DNA of 64,000 nt from Octopus vulgaris. Taxonomy: Eukaryota. The translations under genes and the position numbers were made by a program. Below are positions 26,456-39,617 of the stretch, piece after piece (the first letter of the stretch is position 1; each line of letters begins with the position of its first letter). Under the pieces are notes generated by a model, which saw only the letters and a list, made by a program, of their open reading frames with translations, did no database searches and had not been told where the DNA came from. The stretch lies in NCBI GenBank assembly GCA_951406725.2, contig OX597815.1, positions 169,384,001 to 169,448,000 on the forward strand. The letters run 5' to 3'.

Positions 26456-28186
26456 ACCTGTTTTGAGTGAACAACAACTTATGCCACAATCATGTCTATT
26501 ACGTAATAAACACCTGTAATGCATTAAATGTTTGGAATAACATGAATTTTTATAGATCCATGCAGCAAAATCATATTACTCTCACCAGAAGATTCTGACT
26601 ACACTAAAGCCAACTATCCTGGATGGAAGGTTTGGAATTTAAGTCCTCATTTATCTAAGCACTACTTTGTGAATATCCATACCATGCTTGCTTTAACATT
26701 CTCCAACAAGGTGGTTGGACAATATCCATAGTCTTAGTTGGTCATGCTTGGGAATCTAGCCAGAAAATCTAATGATAGCTACTTCTGATAGGACGTCATA
26801 GAGATGTCTGAAGACTTTTTTTCCTATGACTCCCACCAGAATTAGTAGGTAGAGAAAATAGATGGAATGATGGATGGCATCAGCAGTAGTGTGGCTAAGA
26901 GTGTCACTACTATTTATTTACCATAATAATATTTTTGTGTTTTTCTCTGTCGCAACATATGAATGAGAAAGGAAGGGGTGATAGATGAATAAGGAAAGAA
27001 GGGGTGATGGTAAACTGATAGTGGGAGCATTTCAACTCTGTGTAAGTATATGTGAGTGTAAAAAAGGAGGGATGTGAATGTTTGTGTGTGTGTGTATGTG
27101 TGTGTGTGAGTGTGTGTAACAAGCGATGATCGATGTCACATCTCAAGAGACAACCACTAGATAACATTGACAAGTGTATTAATTTTGATATACCATCCAG
27201 ATTTATATATAAAATACTACAATTAGCCATTATTTTTGACGGCATGGGGCCAGCTAGTTTTAAAATAAAAGATTCCTAATTTGAATGTTTTCAAACATTA
27301 TGTATATGTATCAGGGAATAAAACATCAGATGATGCTCATGAGAGTAAAATCTCTCCACAGACGAAATTAATAGTTCAAAAAATTATTCATCTGTTTTAT
27401 GTCTGTTTTCTTTGTGCTAGGATGGGTTAGATGAATATTATTGAGGCATTCTTTTACAGCTAGATGCTCCTATTGTTGTTAATCCATTACCTGATTCCCT
27501 AGTATAGGTTTTTTTTATCCCGTATGTCTTCTAAAAGTAAAGAGCCAGCTGATTAGTTGATTTAGGAGATTACAACGTCAACCCTTTGTGGCTCAGTGAT
27601 TATTTAAAGATGTCTAAGTGTAAACAAATCCTTATTTCTTTATTGCCCGCAAGGGGCTAAACACAGAGGGGACAAACAAAGACAGACAAAGGGATTAAGT
27701 CGATTACATCGACCCCAGTGCGTAACTGGTACTTAATTTATCAACCCTGAAAGGATGAAAGGCAAAGTCGACCTCGGAGGAATTTGAACTCATAACGTAA
27801 CAGCAGATGAAATAGCGCTAAGCATTTCGCCCGGTGTGCTAACGTTTCTGCCAGCTCGCGGCCTTTAATAAATGTAAACAAATACTGAGACACATATGCA
27901 TACATATATATATATATGCGTACATACACATATGTATGTACGTGTGTATGTACACACGCACACATACATGTTCTTATAACAACCCCGTGTCTCAGGGTGT
28001 CTATATGCATGAAAAAATGTATGTGCCTGTATCGACCGTGTGATGTACTAAGGAGCCATTCTCGTCACCTCGCTTCGCACGGACGTTACAAATTCCATTC
28101 CATTATAAAATGGAATGGAAGGTTTATGATACCTGTGGAGTATCTCCTTCTCCCATTATATGCCTCTAAGAATGTTACATACAAGC

Positions 28187-28328
28187 TAGGCATGAGCATA
28201 CTGCAGCCCACGGGATTTTGTGAGTGGCTAACTTAACGAAAACTTATCGAATTTTTTTAGTAGTGCGATCCACCTGTTGATCAACGTCTCATGTGGCCCG
28301 CTTCTTAAAAAAAAGTTGCCCATGCCTC
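28187..28328. mobile_element. hAT-like MITE; related copy at 21635-21777
   Basis: aggcatgagcat...ttgcccatgcct ends and a shared body (gaattttttagtagtgc). Confidence 0.6.
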
Positions 28329-28579
28329 TTATAACCGATCTTATGATTCAAAAGTTAATTTTCATTGGAGGTAAGCATGCAGGAATGGGAGTCAGGTCTT
28401 CTACCGTAATGCATTCATTTGGTAACAGAGAAATTGAAATAAAATAGATGAGCAGAGAAATTCAAAGATTATATAGTAACATCTGTGGTAAGTCTTTCAA
28501 TATATATTTGGGGGTGGACAGCTTATTCAAAATAACTGTTAATCGAGATGGGAAGAACTGGAAATAATATATATATGTA

Positions 28580-28635
<56 letters not shown>

Positions 28636-30932
28636 TAGTTTTCCAGTTTTTGAGACTCATCCCTGCAATAAGTTGTATTAATTCAAGAATTTAGGATGAG
28701 CTTACATTTACTTTTTTATAAAATGCAGTAAATGGCAGAGAATATAGATATTTCATAGTTTTATTATCACATAAGTAATCGGGAATACTAGACAGTAAAT
28801 CTACCGGCGAGAGTCGTAATGATGGTACTAGTTAAGGTAGGTAACTCCCAAATATTCCACATACAGAATTTAGCTCCCTTAGGTGTGTGTCTGCTAAGAA
28901 CTTGAATCATTAATTAGTCGGCGAACTGGCAGAATCGTTAGCGCGCTTCTGAGTTCTGAGTTCAAATTCTGCCGTGGTCGACTTTGTCTTTCATTCTTTC
29001 GGAGTCAATAAATTAAGTACTAGTGAAGCACTGGGGTCGATGTAATCGACTATACCCCTCCCCAAATGACACAATCCTTGTGGCAAAATTTGAAACCATT
29101 AATTACTGGAGGTATTAACAGCATTTTAAGTACTAAACTGCACTACAGAATTTTTTAATAGATTTTGACCAACACCGTATATAATAGGTGTAAATATATG
29201 CTATATATACAAATTGTTTACGTCGATCTTATTACATACAGTTAAAGGATAAAATCTGTACATATATTCTATAGTGTAGTATAGCAAAAAACAGAACGAA
29301 GATCAATTCAGAAACATTCACGGCGTTTTATTACTGTTGTGAATTCTCCATTTAAAAGTCTTATATCCACACAGCAGTGTCTCGGTTTTGGAGTTTATAA
29401 TCTGTCACGTGACAGTGAACGTTGGGTAACATGAGAGGTTATAGCCATGTGAAATCAATATAGCAAAGCTGATTCTTGAACGATTGATTATTGTTGCTTA
29501 GCTGCCAGCTCACCCTTGATAGTGCAGATGTGTGATAAAAACGTTTTGTGACCGTTCTATCTTTTTGATAGGTATAGTGTATGTAAAGCTACATTCACTG
29601 ATGTACTTTTTCTTTTGGGGGTGGATAAAGTTTCAGTCAAATACTTGGAGGTGATATACCTATATTTCTATATTCCTATAATGTATTATAGACGTGACTA
29701 GAATTATAGTAGAAGTGATGCTAGAAAGATATAACTGCTATTTCTTGCAGGTCAAACAGCTGCATAGAAGCTCCTTTGTTGATTCAATTAAAGCTGGTAT
29801 CTGTTAGTGGTAGAAGGTACCATAACTGATAGTATAAAAGAAGCATGAGCATATTAGACACATCAGTGCATATTCAGGAAAAAAGAATTTTAGTGCATTG
29901 AATGAAGCATGTTATATAGGCTCAACTGTAAAGGTGGCAAGCTGGCAGAATTGTTAGCACACATTTCTTTTGGCTTTACATTCTGAATTCGAATCCCATC
30001 CAGGTTGACTTTGTTTTTTATCTGTTCAGGGTTGATAACATAAGTACCAGTTGAACACTGAGTTAGATGTAATCGATTAGCGCCCCTCCCCACCATAGAT
30101 TTTCAGTTCTTGTACCTGAAATAGAAAGAAATAGTGACCCAACTCTTGGGGTATTTTTTTTAGACCTATGTCTGGAAAAGAAAAGTGTATCTTATATACC
30201 ATCAAATCTGATCAGATGACTTCAAGAAAATAAGTAGGGAAACAAAAGTTGGTTAAAGCTTACCGTGTGGTACTGGAAAATGGAAAGCACCACCATGAAT
30301 AGGACTTCTGTGACCGAGGAAATGACCTTGAATAAGAAAGAATGAAAAAAAAAAAAAGAAAGAAAAAGGCTTTAAAATGAAAACTTGCAGCAAATAGAAT
30401 TTCTTAATATGAAAATGAGATAAACAAATGCCAGTTATTAAAATTATAAAAAATTAAAAAATTAAATACATCAAGCACATTATAAATAATTACTGATTTT
30501 AATATGTGAATGAAATGTAAATGTTACTTGTTTCATAGTTTATCTGCTTCTAATATGTCAACTTATTTAATGATTTGAACACCTGCCTGTTACATCTTTA
30601 GTTGTTTGTAACCTGGGGATCTTGTTTATCTATGCCCTTTTCAGCTTGTTACTTTGGCAGATGTTAATGTAATTAGTGTTTAAGTATGATGAAGAAAGAA
30701 AATGATGGCATTTATATGTTAAATTGCAAAAAATTGACACAACCAAGATGTAATATCTTTTTCAATCGTTAAAGCTTGCTTGTATGTAAAATAAAATTTT
30801 ATACATATATATGTATATTTTCTGTTAAAAGTACAGTGAAATATATATTTATATTTGCATTTGTATGTATACATACATGGATGCTTATATGCATACATAT
30901 GCATGTATACATATAGTCATATGTACATACAA

Positions 30933-30963
<31 letters not shown>

Positions 30964-30967
<4 letters not shown>

Positions 30968-32181
30968 GCAATCCCAGAAATAATGTGGTTTTTATCAATT
31001 GCATGAACTAAAGGTCAGAGGGGGATGGGATAAACTACTTGCATCAACTTGCTATAAAAGCAGGTAGTAATTTTATCTTGTCTTTATTCTTAGTGTGAAG
31101 GTGCATGGCTCAGTGGTTAGAGCGTCGAGCTTATGATCGTGAGGTTGTGAGCTCGAATCCCGGTCCGGGCTGCGTGTTGTGTTCTTGAGCAAAGCACTTT
31201 ATTTTCACGTTGCTCCAGTTCACTCAGCTGTAGAAATGAGTTGCGACGTCACTGGTGCCAATCTGTATCGACCTTTGTCTTTCCCTTGGATAACACTGGT
31301 GGCGTGGAGAGGGAGGCTGGTATGCATGGGCGACTGCTGGTCTTCCATAAACAACCTTGCCCGGACTTGTGTCTAGGAGGGTAACTTTCTAGGTGCAATC
31401 CCATGGTCATTCATGACTGAAGGGGGTCTTTACCCTTTTATTCTTAGTGCAAATTTTGAAGTGTGCAGTTAAATTTTAACTTTCAAAGCTATAATGGAAG
31501 TGACAAAGGAGCATATTTGGCATATTTTGCTTTATGAGTTCAATAAAGGCAGCAACGCAACAGAAAGTGCAAGGAATATTAAGCAGTATATGGAGATTGA
31601 ACAATAAGCATAAGCCAGTGTCAATGGTGGTTCCAGAAATTCCAAGCTGGAAACTACAGCCTAGAAGACAAGCCTCATCCTGGAAGATCTGTGGAGCTCA
31701 AAAGGGACATCCTGCAAACCTTGGTAGAACAAAATCCTATCATAACTGTTGAGAAGCTAGCAGAGAAGCTTGGATTTGGTCATTCAACCAGTTAATAAAA
31801 GTCAATGCTAGGAGAAAAAATGACCATCTTAAGTTTCAAGCTGAAAAGTGTTCTTTCATCAGGATAATGCTCAGCCCCATACTGTGTGGATGACATTCCA
31901 AAGGCTGGAGCAGTTTGAGTGGGAAATGATACTCCACCCACCATATTTGCTGGACATTGCCCCATCCGATTATCATTTATTCTACAGTCTTCAAAATCAT
32001 TTGGACTGAAAAAATATGAATTCTGTCATGGACAAGTGAATTTTGGAAGAGAGGCCTTGCAAGTCTACCAGATAGATGGAAGAGCTTTGTAGAAAATGCA
32101 TTAGATTAAAAAAGAACTTTGTTTATCTTAACTTTGAAAAAAAAAAGTATAAAAAACCACATTATTTATGGGATGACCCTA
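30964..32181 (+). mobile_element. Decayed mariner transposon with nested SINE
   Basis: TA-flanked TIRs TTGGGCAATCCCAGAAATAATGTGGTTTTT / TAGGGTCATCCCATAAATAATGTGGTTTTT. Remnants MEVTKEHIWHILLYEF, HQDNAQPH, HPPYLLDIAPSDYHLF. Confidence 0.88.
31096..31436 (+). mobile_element. tRNA-derived SINE (family C) with 13-bp TSD
   Basis: A box TGGCTCAGTGG, B-box-like GCTCGAATCC. TSD tttattcttagtg at 31083-31095 and 31437-31449. Confidence 0.85.
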
Positions 32182-32518
32182 TATATATATAATTAATTTA
32201 AAAAACCCCAGAAAAACAGGGAAAAAGAAAAAGAAACAAACAAACATGAGGATATATGTATCTATAATAAGTTATTATACATTGCTTAGTCAGAAAGAAT
32301 GGCTATGTCAATCAAGACATGTGAGATTGATGTGATTTATATTCACATTGAAAATATGTTAGCCATCAAATACAGGAAAAACAGGATTGGGGAGGAAATT
32401 CCAGAGATATGATGTTTTGAATACGAAGGATTAACTATCATGGCTTATTTTAAGCTTGTGCAGTGAGTCATAGTAGGGGCAAGGAAAAGAGAAGAAATGT
32501 GTAGGCTATGATACTTAC

Positions 32519-32715
32519 TACTTTGGAGGAGCAGTGGATATTATAGCAGTGATATAACAGGGAGAGCAAGAAGATGGCATGTCTGTGGGACAGAAACTGA
32601 AGCCAGTAACATTCTCCGATGATGTGCTGCAGAGTTATCAGCTTTTTTGAGGCCATTTGTCTAGCTAGACATTCCAGTAGTGTATTGGAGAATGGATCTT
32701 TGTCAGTCAATTAAC
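32519..32715 (-). pseudogene. Second decayed duplicate of GARNL3 exon 25701-25912
   Basis: Plus strand gaaactgaagccagtaac...gaggccatttgtctagctag aligns to gaaactggagccagtaac...gaggccatttgtccagttag. Peptide LARQMAS / MLLASVS across a frameshift; GTAAGT donor at 32518. Confidence 0.72.
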
Positions 32716-32729
32716 TGAGCTAGAATTTG

Positions 32730-33130
32730 AATGGGATCGAGAATGTTTCTTCCATGACCTCAAGACAGCCCCAGAACCTGTCATATGCATTCTTCACTAT
32801 GTCCCCAGGAAGATTTTCAAATACCTCTTTGATCTTGACCATCAGTCTGACTTTGATGTTGCAGGCAGAGCAGTTGGTGTCTTTCTCAACTTGACTCACT
32901 CATAGTAATCCCATGGGATTAGTATCAGGAGAATAAGGAGGCCAGAAATTGAAGTTGGTGGAAGTCATAGAAATTCTCTGACAACCACTTCTGACTCTTT
33001 CCAGATGTTTAGCAAGGGACCAAATCTGCTGCCACATATATAGCTTTCTTTCAGGATTTGACCATAGTCTTAAGGATGAAAGGTGACATGATATCATTTT
33101 CACTGGAGACACACCCAAAGACCATCATAG
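32730..33130 (-). mobile_element. DD37D-type transposase fragment
   Basis: NFWPPYSPDTNPM motif and similarity to the 52k element. Confidence 0.65.
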
Positions 33131-33482
33131 TTTTGTTGTTTACTTTGAGTAAACTGTTATTATCCATAATTAGCCATAATTTAGTTGATATTTTTTGATT
33201 TTTAAAAAAATACTTTTATTTTTGGATGGCATATTGTTTTTTCTTTTCCTTTTATGCAAACTATCAAATTTAACTTGAACATCTATTAAAGTTGATAAAG
33301 ATAATGATTTGAAAAAAAAAATTATTGTTTTCATCTTAAAGCTTATAAAAGCACTGTTTTTTTCATATGTATTTTAAGAAGTTTTATCAGCATGCAGTTT
33401 AAAATTTTAATGTGAGTAAAGAGTTTTACTTCTTCTGCTATAGACTGCATCTTTGATCCAAAGCTATATATATATATATATA

Positions 33483-33995
33483 CTAGCAGTATCGCCCGGC
33501 GTTGCTCGGTTTTGTAAGGGAAATAACTATATAAGCATTTATTTTTAGAGAGTTACTTCCCTTATAGATGCCAATTCGGGCTTTCTTAGCCATTTCTGTT
33601 TTGGTGTCTTCAAGCCATGAAGTCGTTGTTCTAAAAGAACGCTGGTCTCCTTGACAACGCATTACAACATTGATTTCCTTAAACTCCCTTCCCCACAGCT
33701 TCACGAGGGAGGGAAAAAGGGGGAGAAGCAAACACAGGTGCAGGTGTTTGAGTGTGGACGCCAACTCTGCCGCCATTGACACACGAAAAATTATGCATTA
33801 AAATGGAATAAAAAATGATGTTAAATTATTTTTAAAATCGTAGACTCATTGTAGACGCGCGCTAATAGCCAGACAGGCTCGATATTAATCCCGACTATAT
33901 GATACCCGAATTTGGTTAAACTGCACCGCAAAATGTAGGAGGAGTTAGGAATCTAAATCGAAGGGGACAGACACTCACACAACTACAGTTTTATA
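33483..33995 (-). mobile_element. Non-autonomous Helitron, same family, with an extra internal segment
   Basis: Same ctagcagtatcgcccggcgttgct terminus; shares the 5' part with 4302-4698. Confidence 0.75.
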
Positions 33996-34303
33996 TATAT
34001 ATATATATATAATTTAAAAATAGGATAAAATCTTTATAAGAATTTATCAAGTGGTTAACGTGAAAAACCTCATAAGAGAATAGTTTATTAATTATTCCCT
34101 TTAAATTTATTTATTTATATTAAGGGCATAACTATGCATAAATTCTTCATGCTATTATGGTAGTTTTGACTTTAAGAGTCCCTCCTAGCGTGAGGCATTT
34201 ATGTATAGTAATGCCCTTAATATATATATATGAATGTATAAATAAATGGAAGCTTTTTGAAGAATAAGAAGAAAAGAAAAACAAGATTCATCTGTACTTT
34301 TAC

Positions 34304-34394
34304 CTGAGGGAGATGGTGGTGGGGACAGTGATGTGTCTTCTTTTTTTCGTTCACTGATTCCCGAGTATGCCGAGGAAATGAAATAAATGTCACT
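34304..34394 (-). CDS. GARNL3: GARNL3 coding exon (end of CNH domain)
   Basis: tttcag / GTAAAA, 91 nt. SDIYFISSAYSGISERKKEDTSLSPPPSPS versus recalled SDIYF. Confidence 0.9.
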
Positions 34395-34701
34395 CTGAAA
34401 GAGACAAATAAATAAACAGAATTCTTGTCATAAGTGTATGTGTGTGTATGTGTGCGTGTGTATGTGTGTGTGTGTATGTGCATATATATACACACATACA
34501 CACACACGAGTAAGCAAATAAATGCAAAACAAGGTGGAAAAAATAGTACTCGAATACTGAGGGTAGAGTAATATGCTTTTTTAGTAAAGCTTCAAAAACA
34601 TCACAAAAACTGTTACTCAGAGTTTCATAATTGTCCAACGAACAGGAATGTGGAACTCTGAGTTACAGTTTTTGTGATGTTTTTGTAGCTTTAATATAAA
34701 A

Positions 34702-34745
<44 letters not shown>

Positions 34746-34762
34746 GTATACATATAAATATA

Positions 34763-34797
<35 letters not shown>

Positions 34798-34981
34798 TAC
34801 AACCGCGAGTCCGCTGCCACCAGCCATATATATATATATATGTGTGTATACAAAATTTAGAGGACAATTTTCTATGTAAAAAAATTTTTAATCTTTGGAT
34901 TTTTAAAAAATATGCTAGGCCACTGGTTTTAATTGATTAATATCAATTTCTACCCTTATTTAATTTTAAATATATATATAC

Positions 34982-35042
<61 letters not shown>

Positions 35043-35394
35043 AGTGTGTGTGTGTGTGTGTGTGTGTGTTTATCATCATCATCATCATCATCTAATGGCT
35101 ATGTCCATCAAGACATGTGTTTGCGATATATCAGGTGCAGATTTCATCAATAACCAGCTGGAGGAGGCTCCTCTTGGGCTTAAAACAGTTGCAACATTGG
35201 TTCCTATGGACCAGCCATGTTGAAGTGGTAATAAACATTACTTATCAGTATAGTTATTACTTTCATCTCTTATAGAGATCTTCTAACTAGCTACTTTGCT
35301 TGTTGCAAGATCAGTGACTGGTTGTCCACTTTTTGTTTTTTATTTTGTTATATATTGTGTGCTGGAGTGGATTACTGCTATCTCTAGTGGATGG

Positions 35395-35965
35395 ATCATC
35401 TGGAACGAATACAGCTGTCAGCTGGATCTATAATAAAGATGATACCGCCAACTGGACTCTCAAAGGAAGGTAAGGCTTGTTTTTACTGTACGGTTGCGGT
35501 ACCGAAAGAGTGTGTTTGGAGGACTAGAATGGAAGGTTCTGTGACAGGGTCCTTCATCTCTGGCCCCAGTTTGCTATCTTACTTCAGATACCATCTGAAG
35601 AGCAAGATGGAGTTGGGGAGGAAGACCCTGCCACCGAGTGAATACGAGAAATGATGGAAGGATGTGATGAGAAAGGTAGGTGTCAGTAACCCTGCTTAAT
35701 CATTGATGAAAGGAAAAGACAGTTGCTGGGCTGTATAGGCTGCTGGGTTCGATCTTTTTAACTTTTATTTGTTTTCTTTCTTTGTTTTCGTTTTTTTTTT
35801 TAAAGAAAAGTTCTAGTTTTAAGGTAAAAAATTATTTGTTATATAAAATATTTTTTCAGTACATTTTTAACATAATGCTCATTCGAACTCATTTAACATT
35901 TTTGTATTTGTTTGTCTTGTAATGTCCTTTTCTATGTGTGATCAGTTTGACCATAATAAAGATTT
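35395..35965 (+). mobile_element. 3' end of an L1/Tx1-like LINE with 16-bp TSD
   Basis: TSD tatctctagtggatgg at 35379-35394 and 35966-35981. ORF ...VPKECVWRTRM...LLSYFRYHLKSKME resembles a Tx1 ORF2 C-terminus; T-rich UTR ends with AATAAA. Confidence 0.68.
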
Positions 35966-35985
35966 TATCTCTAGTGGATGGTTGT

Positions 35986-36034
35986 CCACCACTGAGGATG
36001 AGCATGAATAGCTTGAAACTGTTTGATCTGATGG
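35986..36034 (+). ncRNA. Degenerate type-I hammerhead ribozyme
   Basis: CCACCA-CTGAGGA-T-GAGC-ATGAATA-GCTT-GAAAC-TGTTT-GATC-TGATGG: CUGANGA and GAAA core intact, stems I and II pair. Confidence 0.72.
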
Positions 36035-37361
36035 TCCTGTTGTCTACTAGAAGATGGTAGGGGTTTGCTTCCCTGCTTGCAATATATATTCAATTCTTTA
36101 TTGCCCACAAGGGGCTAAACATAGAGGGGACAAACAAGGACAGACAAAGGTACTGAATCGATTACATCGACCCCAGTACGTAACTGGTACTTATTCAATC
36201 GACCCCGAAAGGATGAAAGGCAAAGTCGACCTCGGCGGAATTTGAACTCAGAATGTAGCGGCAGATGAAAATATTGCTAAGCATTTCGCTCGGCGTCAGC
36301 TGGAGGAGGCTCCTCCTGGGGATAAAAATGGTAGTAGTGTCTATTCTTATCAAACAGCCATATTGAAGTGGCAATAAGCATTACTCCTCAGTATAGTTAC
36401 TACTTTCATCTCTATAGACATTTTCTAACTAGCTACTTGGCTTGTAACACATATATGGCAATTGGCTTAATTTGAGATCATGTGTTGAAACTTAAACTGC
36501 ATTACAGCAGTGTCATAACAGTCACTTAGAACAAACTACTTTGCTTTATTTTGTGATTCTACTTTATAGTGTAAAATATCAAAATCTTTCATAACACATC
36601 TATGACCCGGTCGTTGCCTGCTCTACTCTCACTGGAATAGTGTGTCAGTGATATAGCTAAAAGAATAAAACAAAAAATACTGTGCTATATATGTGTTTTA
36701 TATTATTATTACCTCTCTTTATATATAGGTTTTATGACCCAATCATGATTTTTACAATGCAATAATCTTTATTTTACTAGGTTTATTTTACACTTGTTTT
36801 ATGTTACTATCATCACAATGTAACTGTTGTACAGAGGTAGTTTGTAGTAAAAGATTATGAAATAAATATACTGTCTACTGCACAGAAGGCTCTCTGGAAG
36901 TAAGTGATAGCTTATTTTATAACTAACAGTTAAGAAGTATATTCTGAAAATATAGTATATAAAATATGAACAAGATGGGAAAAAATCAAGGAAGCTATTA
37001 GCATTGTTAATAAAAAAGGAATTTGCTCTCTGAGTGAAGGGTAGATTATGCGATGCTTATATATGAAACATATTGTATGGTAGCAAAACATATTCTCATC
37101 CAAAGAAGGTTATGTTTTCAATTCAGTGGGATTGGATGGGTGTTGTCTTTTCCACAGACAGGACTATGAAATAGGATATCACAACAATGCTAGATTGTAC
37201 ACTTCTTTGTAGATGAAGCATAAATTACTGAGATTTAGTTAGGAAATTTTGCTGCATCCTCCATATTTGTCTGACTTTGTGCCTTCAGATTCCATCTGTT
37301 TTGATCTTTTCAAAATTAAGTGTGAATAATGTATGAAGGCTTGAGAGAAAGGCAGCAAGTA

Positions 37362-38555
37362 TTGGATTGGCCAAAAGGTCAGTTTGGTTTTTGTCAACAC
37401 TAAACCTCAAGCACTCTAATAAGTAGCTAAATACAGTGTGTTCCTTCTGCATGTGCACTCATTAGATACTTGATACTTTGACTAAGTTTAACATGAACTT
37501 GCGATGAGAGAGGCTGTATTCTGTGTGTTTGGGATCACACCAAAAATGGAGAACCAAAATGAACATTATCAACACCTCATGCTTTTTTTATTTCTAAAAA
37601 GGCAAGAAAACAGCAGAAACCTGCAGGAAGATATGTGCAATGTATGGAGAAGATGTTGTTATGGAATATGTGTCAAAAGTGTTTTTTTTAATTTTGATCA
37701 GGAAATTTTGCGGTTCAAGATGCACTTTGCTCTGGTTGGCCATTTGAGACCAACAGTGACAAAACTGAAGGAGTTAGTCAACACTAACTCACGTTATATG
37801 ACCTTAATAATTGCAGATATTCTCCAAATATGCAAATTAGGTGTTAAAAACCATTTGCATCAACTTGGTTATATCAACAGGCTTGATGTTTGGGTTCTAC
37901 AGGAATTGATTGGGGCTAACCTTGCTCAAAGGCTTTCCATCTGTGATTCATTGCAGAAATGTGAAGAAATGATCCTTTTTTTTTTAAGAGAATGGTGAGA
38001 GGGAATGAAAAAAATGAATCATTTGTAACAATGTGAAGTGCTGATGATCAAGGAGGAGGCTCTGCAAATCTCCACAAACAACCTCTAAAGTAGAACTTCA
38101 TCCAAAGAAGGTTATGTTTTCAATTAGTGGGATTGGAAGGGTGCTGTCTTTTCCACAGACAGGACTATGAAATAGGATATCACAACAATGTTAGATTGTA
38201 CACTTCTTTGTAGACGAAGCAGAAATTACTGAGATTTGGTTAGGAAATTTTGCTGCATCCTCCATATTTGTCTGACTTTGTGCCTTCAGATTTCCATCTG
38301 TTCTGATCTTTTCAAAATTCATTGAAAAGACAGATCTTCAACTCTGAACAGGATATAAAAGTTCACCCAGAAGAGGTTTTTTTCACCAATAAACATAGGG
38401 AATTCTTTGAGCAGAGAATAATGGAAGATACATTTCAGAAGATACTGGAACGAAACAATGATTATATCATTGATTGAATAAATTGCTTAGTGTTTAAAAC
38501 TTGTGTCTTATTTTTGCTTAAAAAACTCAAAAGCAGATCCTTTTGGACAAACCAA
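37362..38555 (+). mobile_element. Decayed mariner transposon
   Basis: TIRs TTGGATTGGCCAAAAGG / TTGGTTTGTCCAAAAGG. Remnants MENQNEH, WVLQEL (WVPHEL-like), LHPKKVM..WDWKG, HPPYLSDFVPSDFHLF. Confidence 0.85.
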
Positions 38556-39386
38556 TATTCACAGCCGGATGTGTAATTTTAATGGACTTGAATGATGGAG
38601 CACATGTACTAAGAGAACAACTGGGCATAAGAGTAATCAGATATAATAATATATGAAGAGGAAAAGACTGCATTGGTATATAGATGTGATGCATATGAAT
38701 GATGGTAGTTGGGTGAAATAGTGCAAACTTGTATTTCTTTTTAAGTACTCTCTTTACTCTTTTACTCTTACTTGTTTCAGTCATTTGATTGTGGCCATGC
38801 TGGAGCACCGCCTTTAGTCGAGCAAATCGACCCCAGGACTTATTCTTTGTAAGCCTAGTACTTATTCTGTCAGTCTCTTTTGCCGAACCGCTAAGTTACG
38901 GGGACCTAAACACACCAGCATCGGTTGTCAAGCAATGTTGGGGGGACAAACACAGACACACAAATATATACACACACTTACATATATACATATACATATA
39001 TACGATGAGCTTCTTTCAGTTTCCGACTACCAAATCCACTCACAAGGTTTTGGTCGGCCCGAGGCTATAGTAGAAGACACTTGCCCAAGTTGCCACGCAG
39101 TGGGACTGAACCCGGAACCATGTGGTTGGTGAGCAAGCTACATACCACACAGCCACTCCTACGTCTATATAGTAGCTTTCATTATTGAAATCGATGGAAC
39201 TTACTGAAGAGGAAGGGCAAGGGAAAAAATGTTGAGTGGTGGGATGATGTGTTTATGGTCGATCTCGTGATATTGAATTTCATGAAGGAGATGAAGAGTG
39301 GCTGCAATAAGTGGTGGTGATGTGATGTGCTTAACAAGACTTGCCCAGCAAATTCAAGCATGGAAAACATTGATTTAAGATGATCT

Positions 39387-39387
<1 letters not shown>

Positions 39388-39485
<98 letters not shown>

Positions 39486-39617
39486 ATATGTGTGTGTGTA
39501 TGTGTGTGTGCGTGTGTGCGTGTGTGTGCGTGCATGTGTGTGTGTGTGTATGGATATACACACATTATTATTGTTGTTATTATTATTATTATTATTATTA
39601 TTGCTATTATTATTATT
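39388..39617. repeat. Compound (TG)n/(TTA)n microsatellite. Other major arrays: (TACA)n 105-270 and 9130-9280, (TA)n 4243-4300, (ATT)n 14450-14510, (CTA)n 15942-16024, (TAA/TGA)n 20048-20200, 22870-22998, 48270-48495, 51685-51785, 60312-60512, 62750-63300
   Basis: Directly visible simple repeats. Confidence 0.97.

Larger units (their letters stand above)
35130..36445 (+). mobile_element. Second copy of the hammerhead element in direct-repeat arrangement, interrupted by a Tx1-like LINE and a SINE
   Basis: 35157-35305 is repeated at 36297-36445 (cagctggaggaggctcctc...ttctaactagctactt), with the hammerhead module between. Confidence 0.65.

Noticed and set aside
37504-37998. 164-aa ORF as a functional transposase or SETMAR-like gene
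   Set aside because: Frameshifted, internally deleted mariner remnant.
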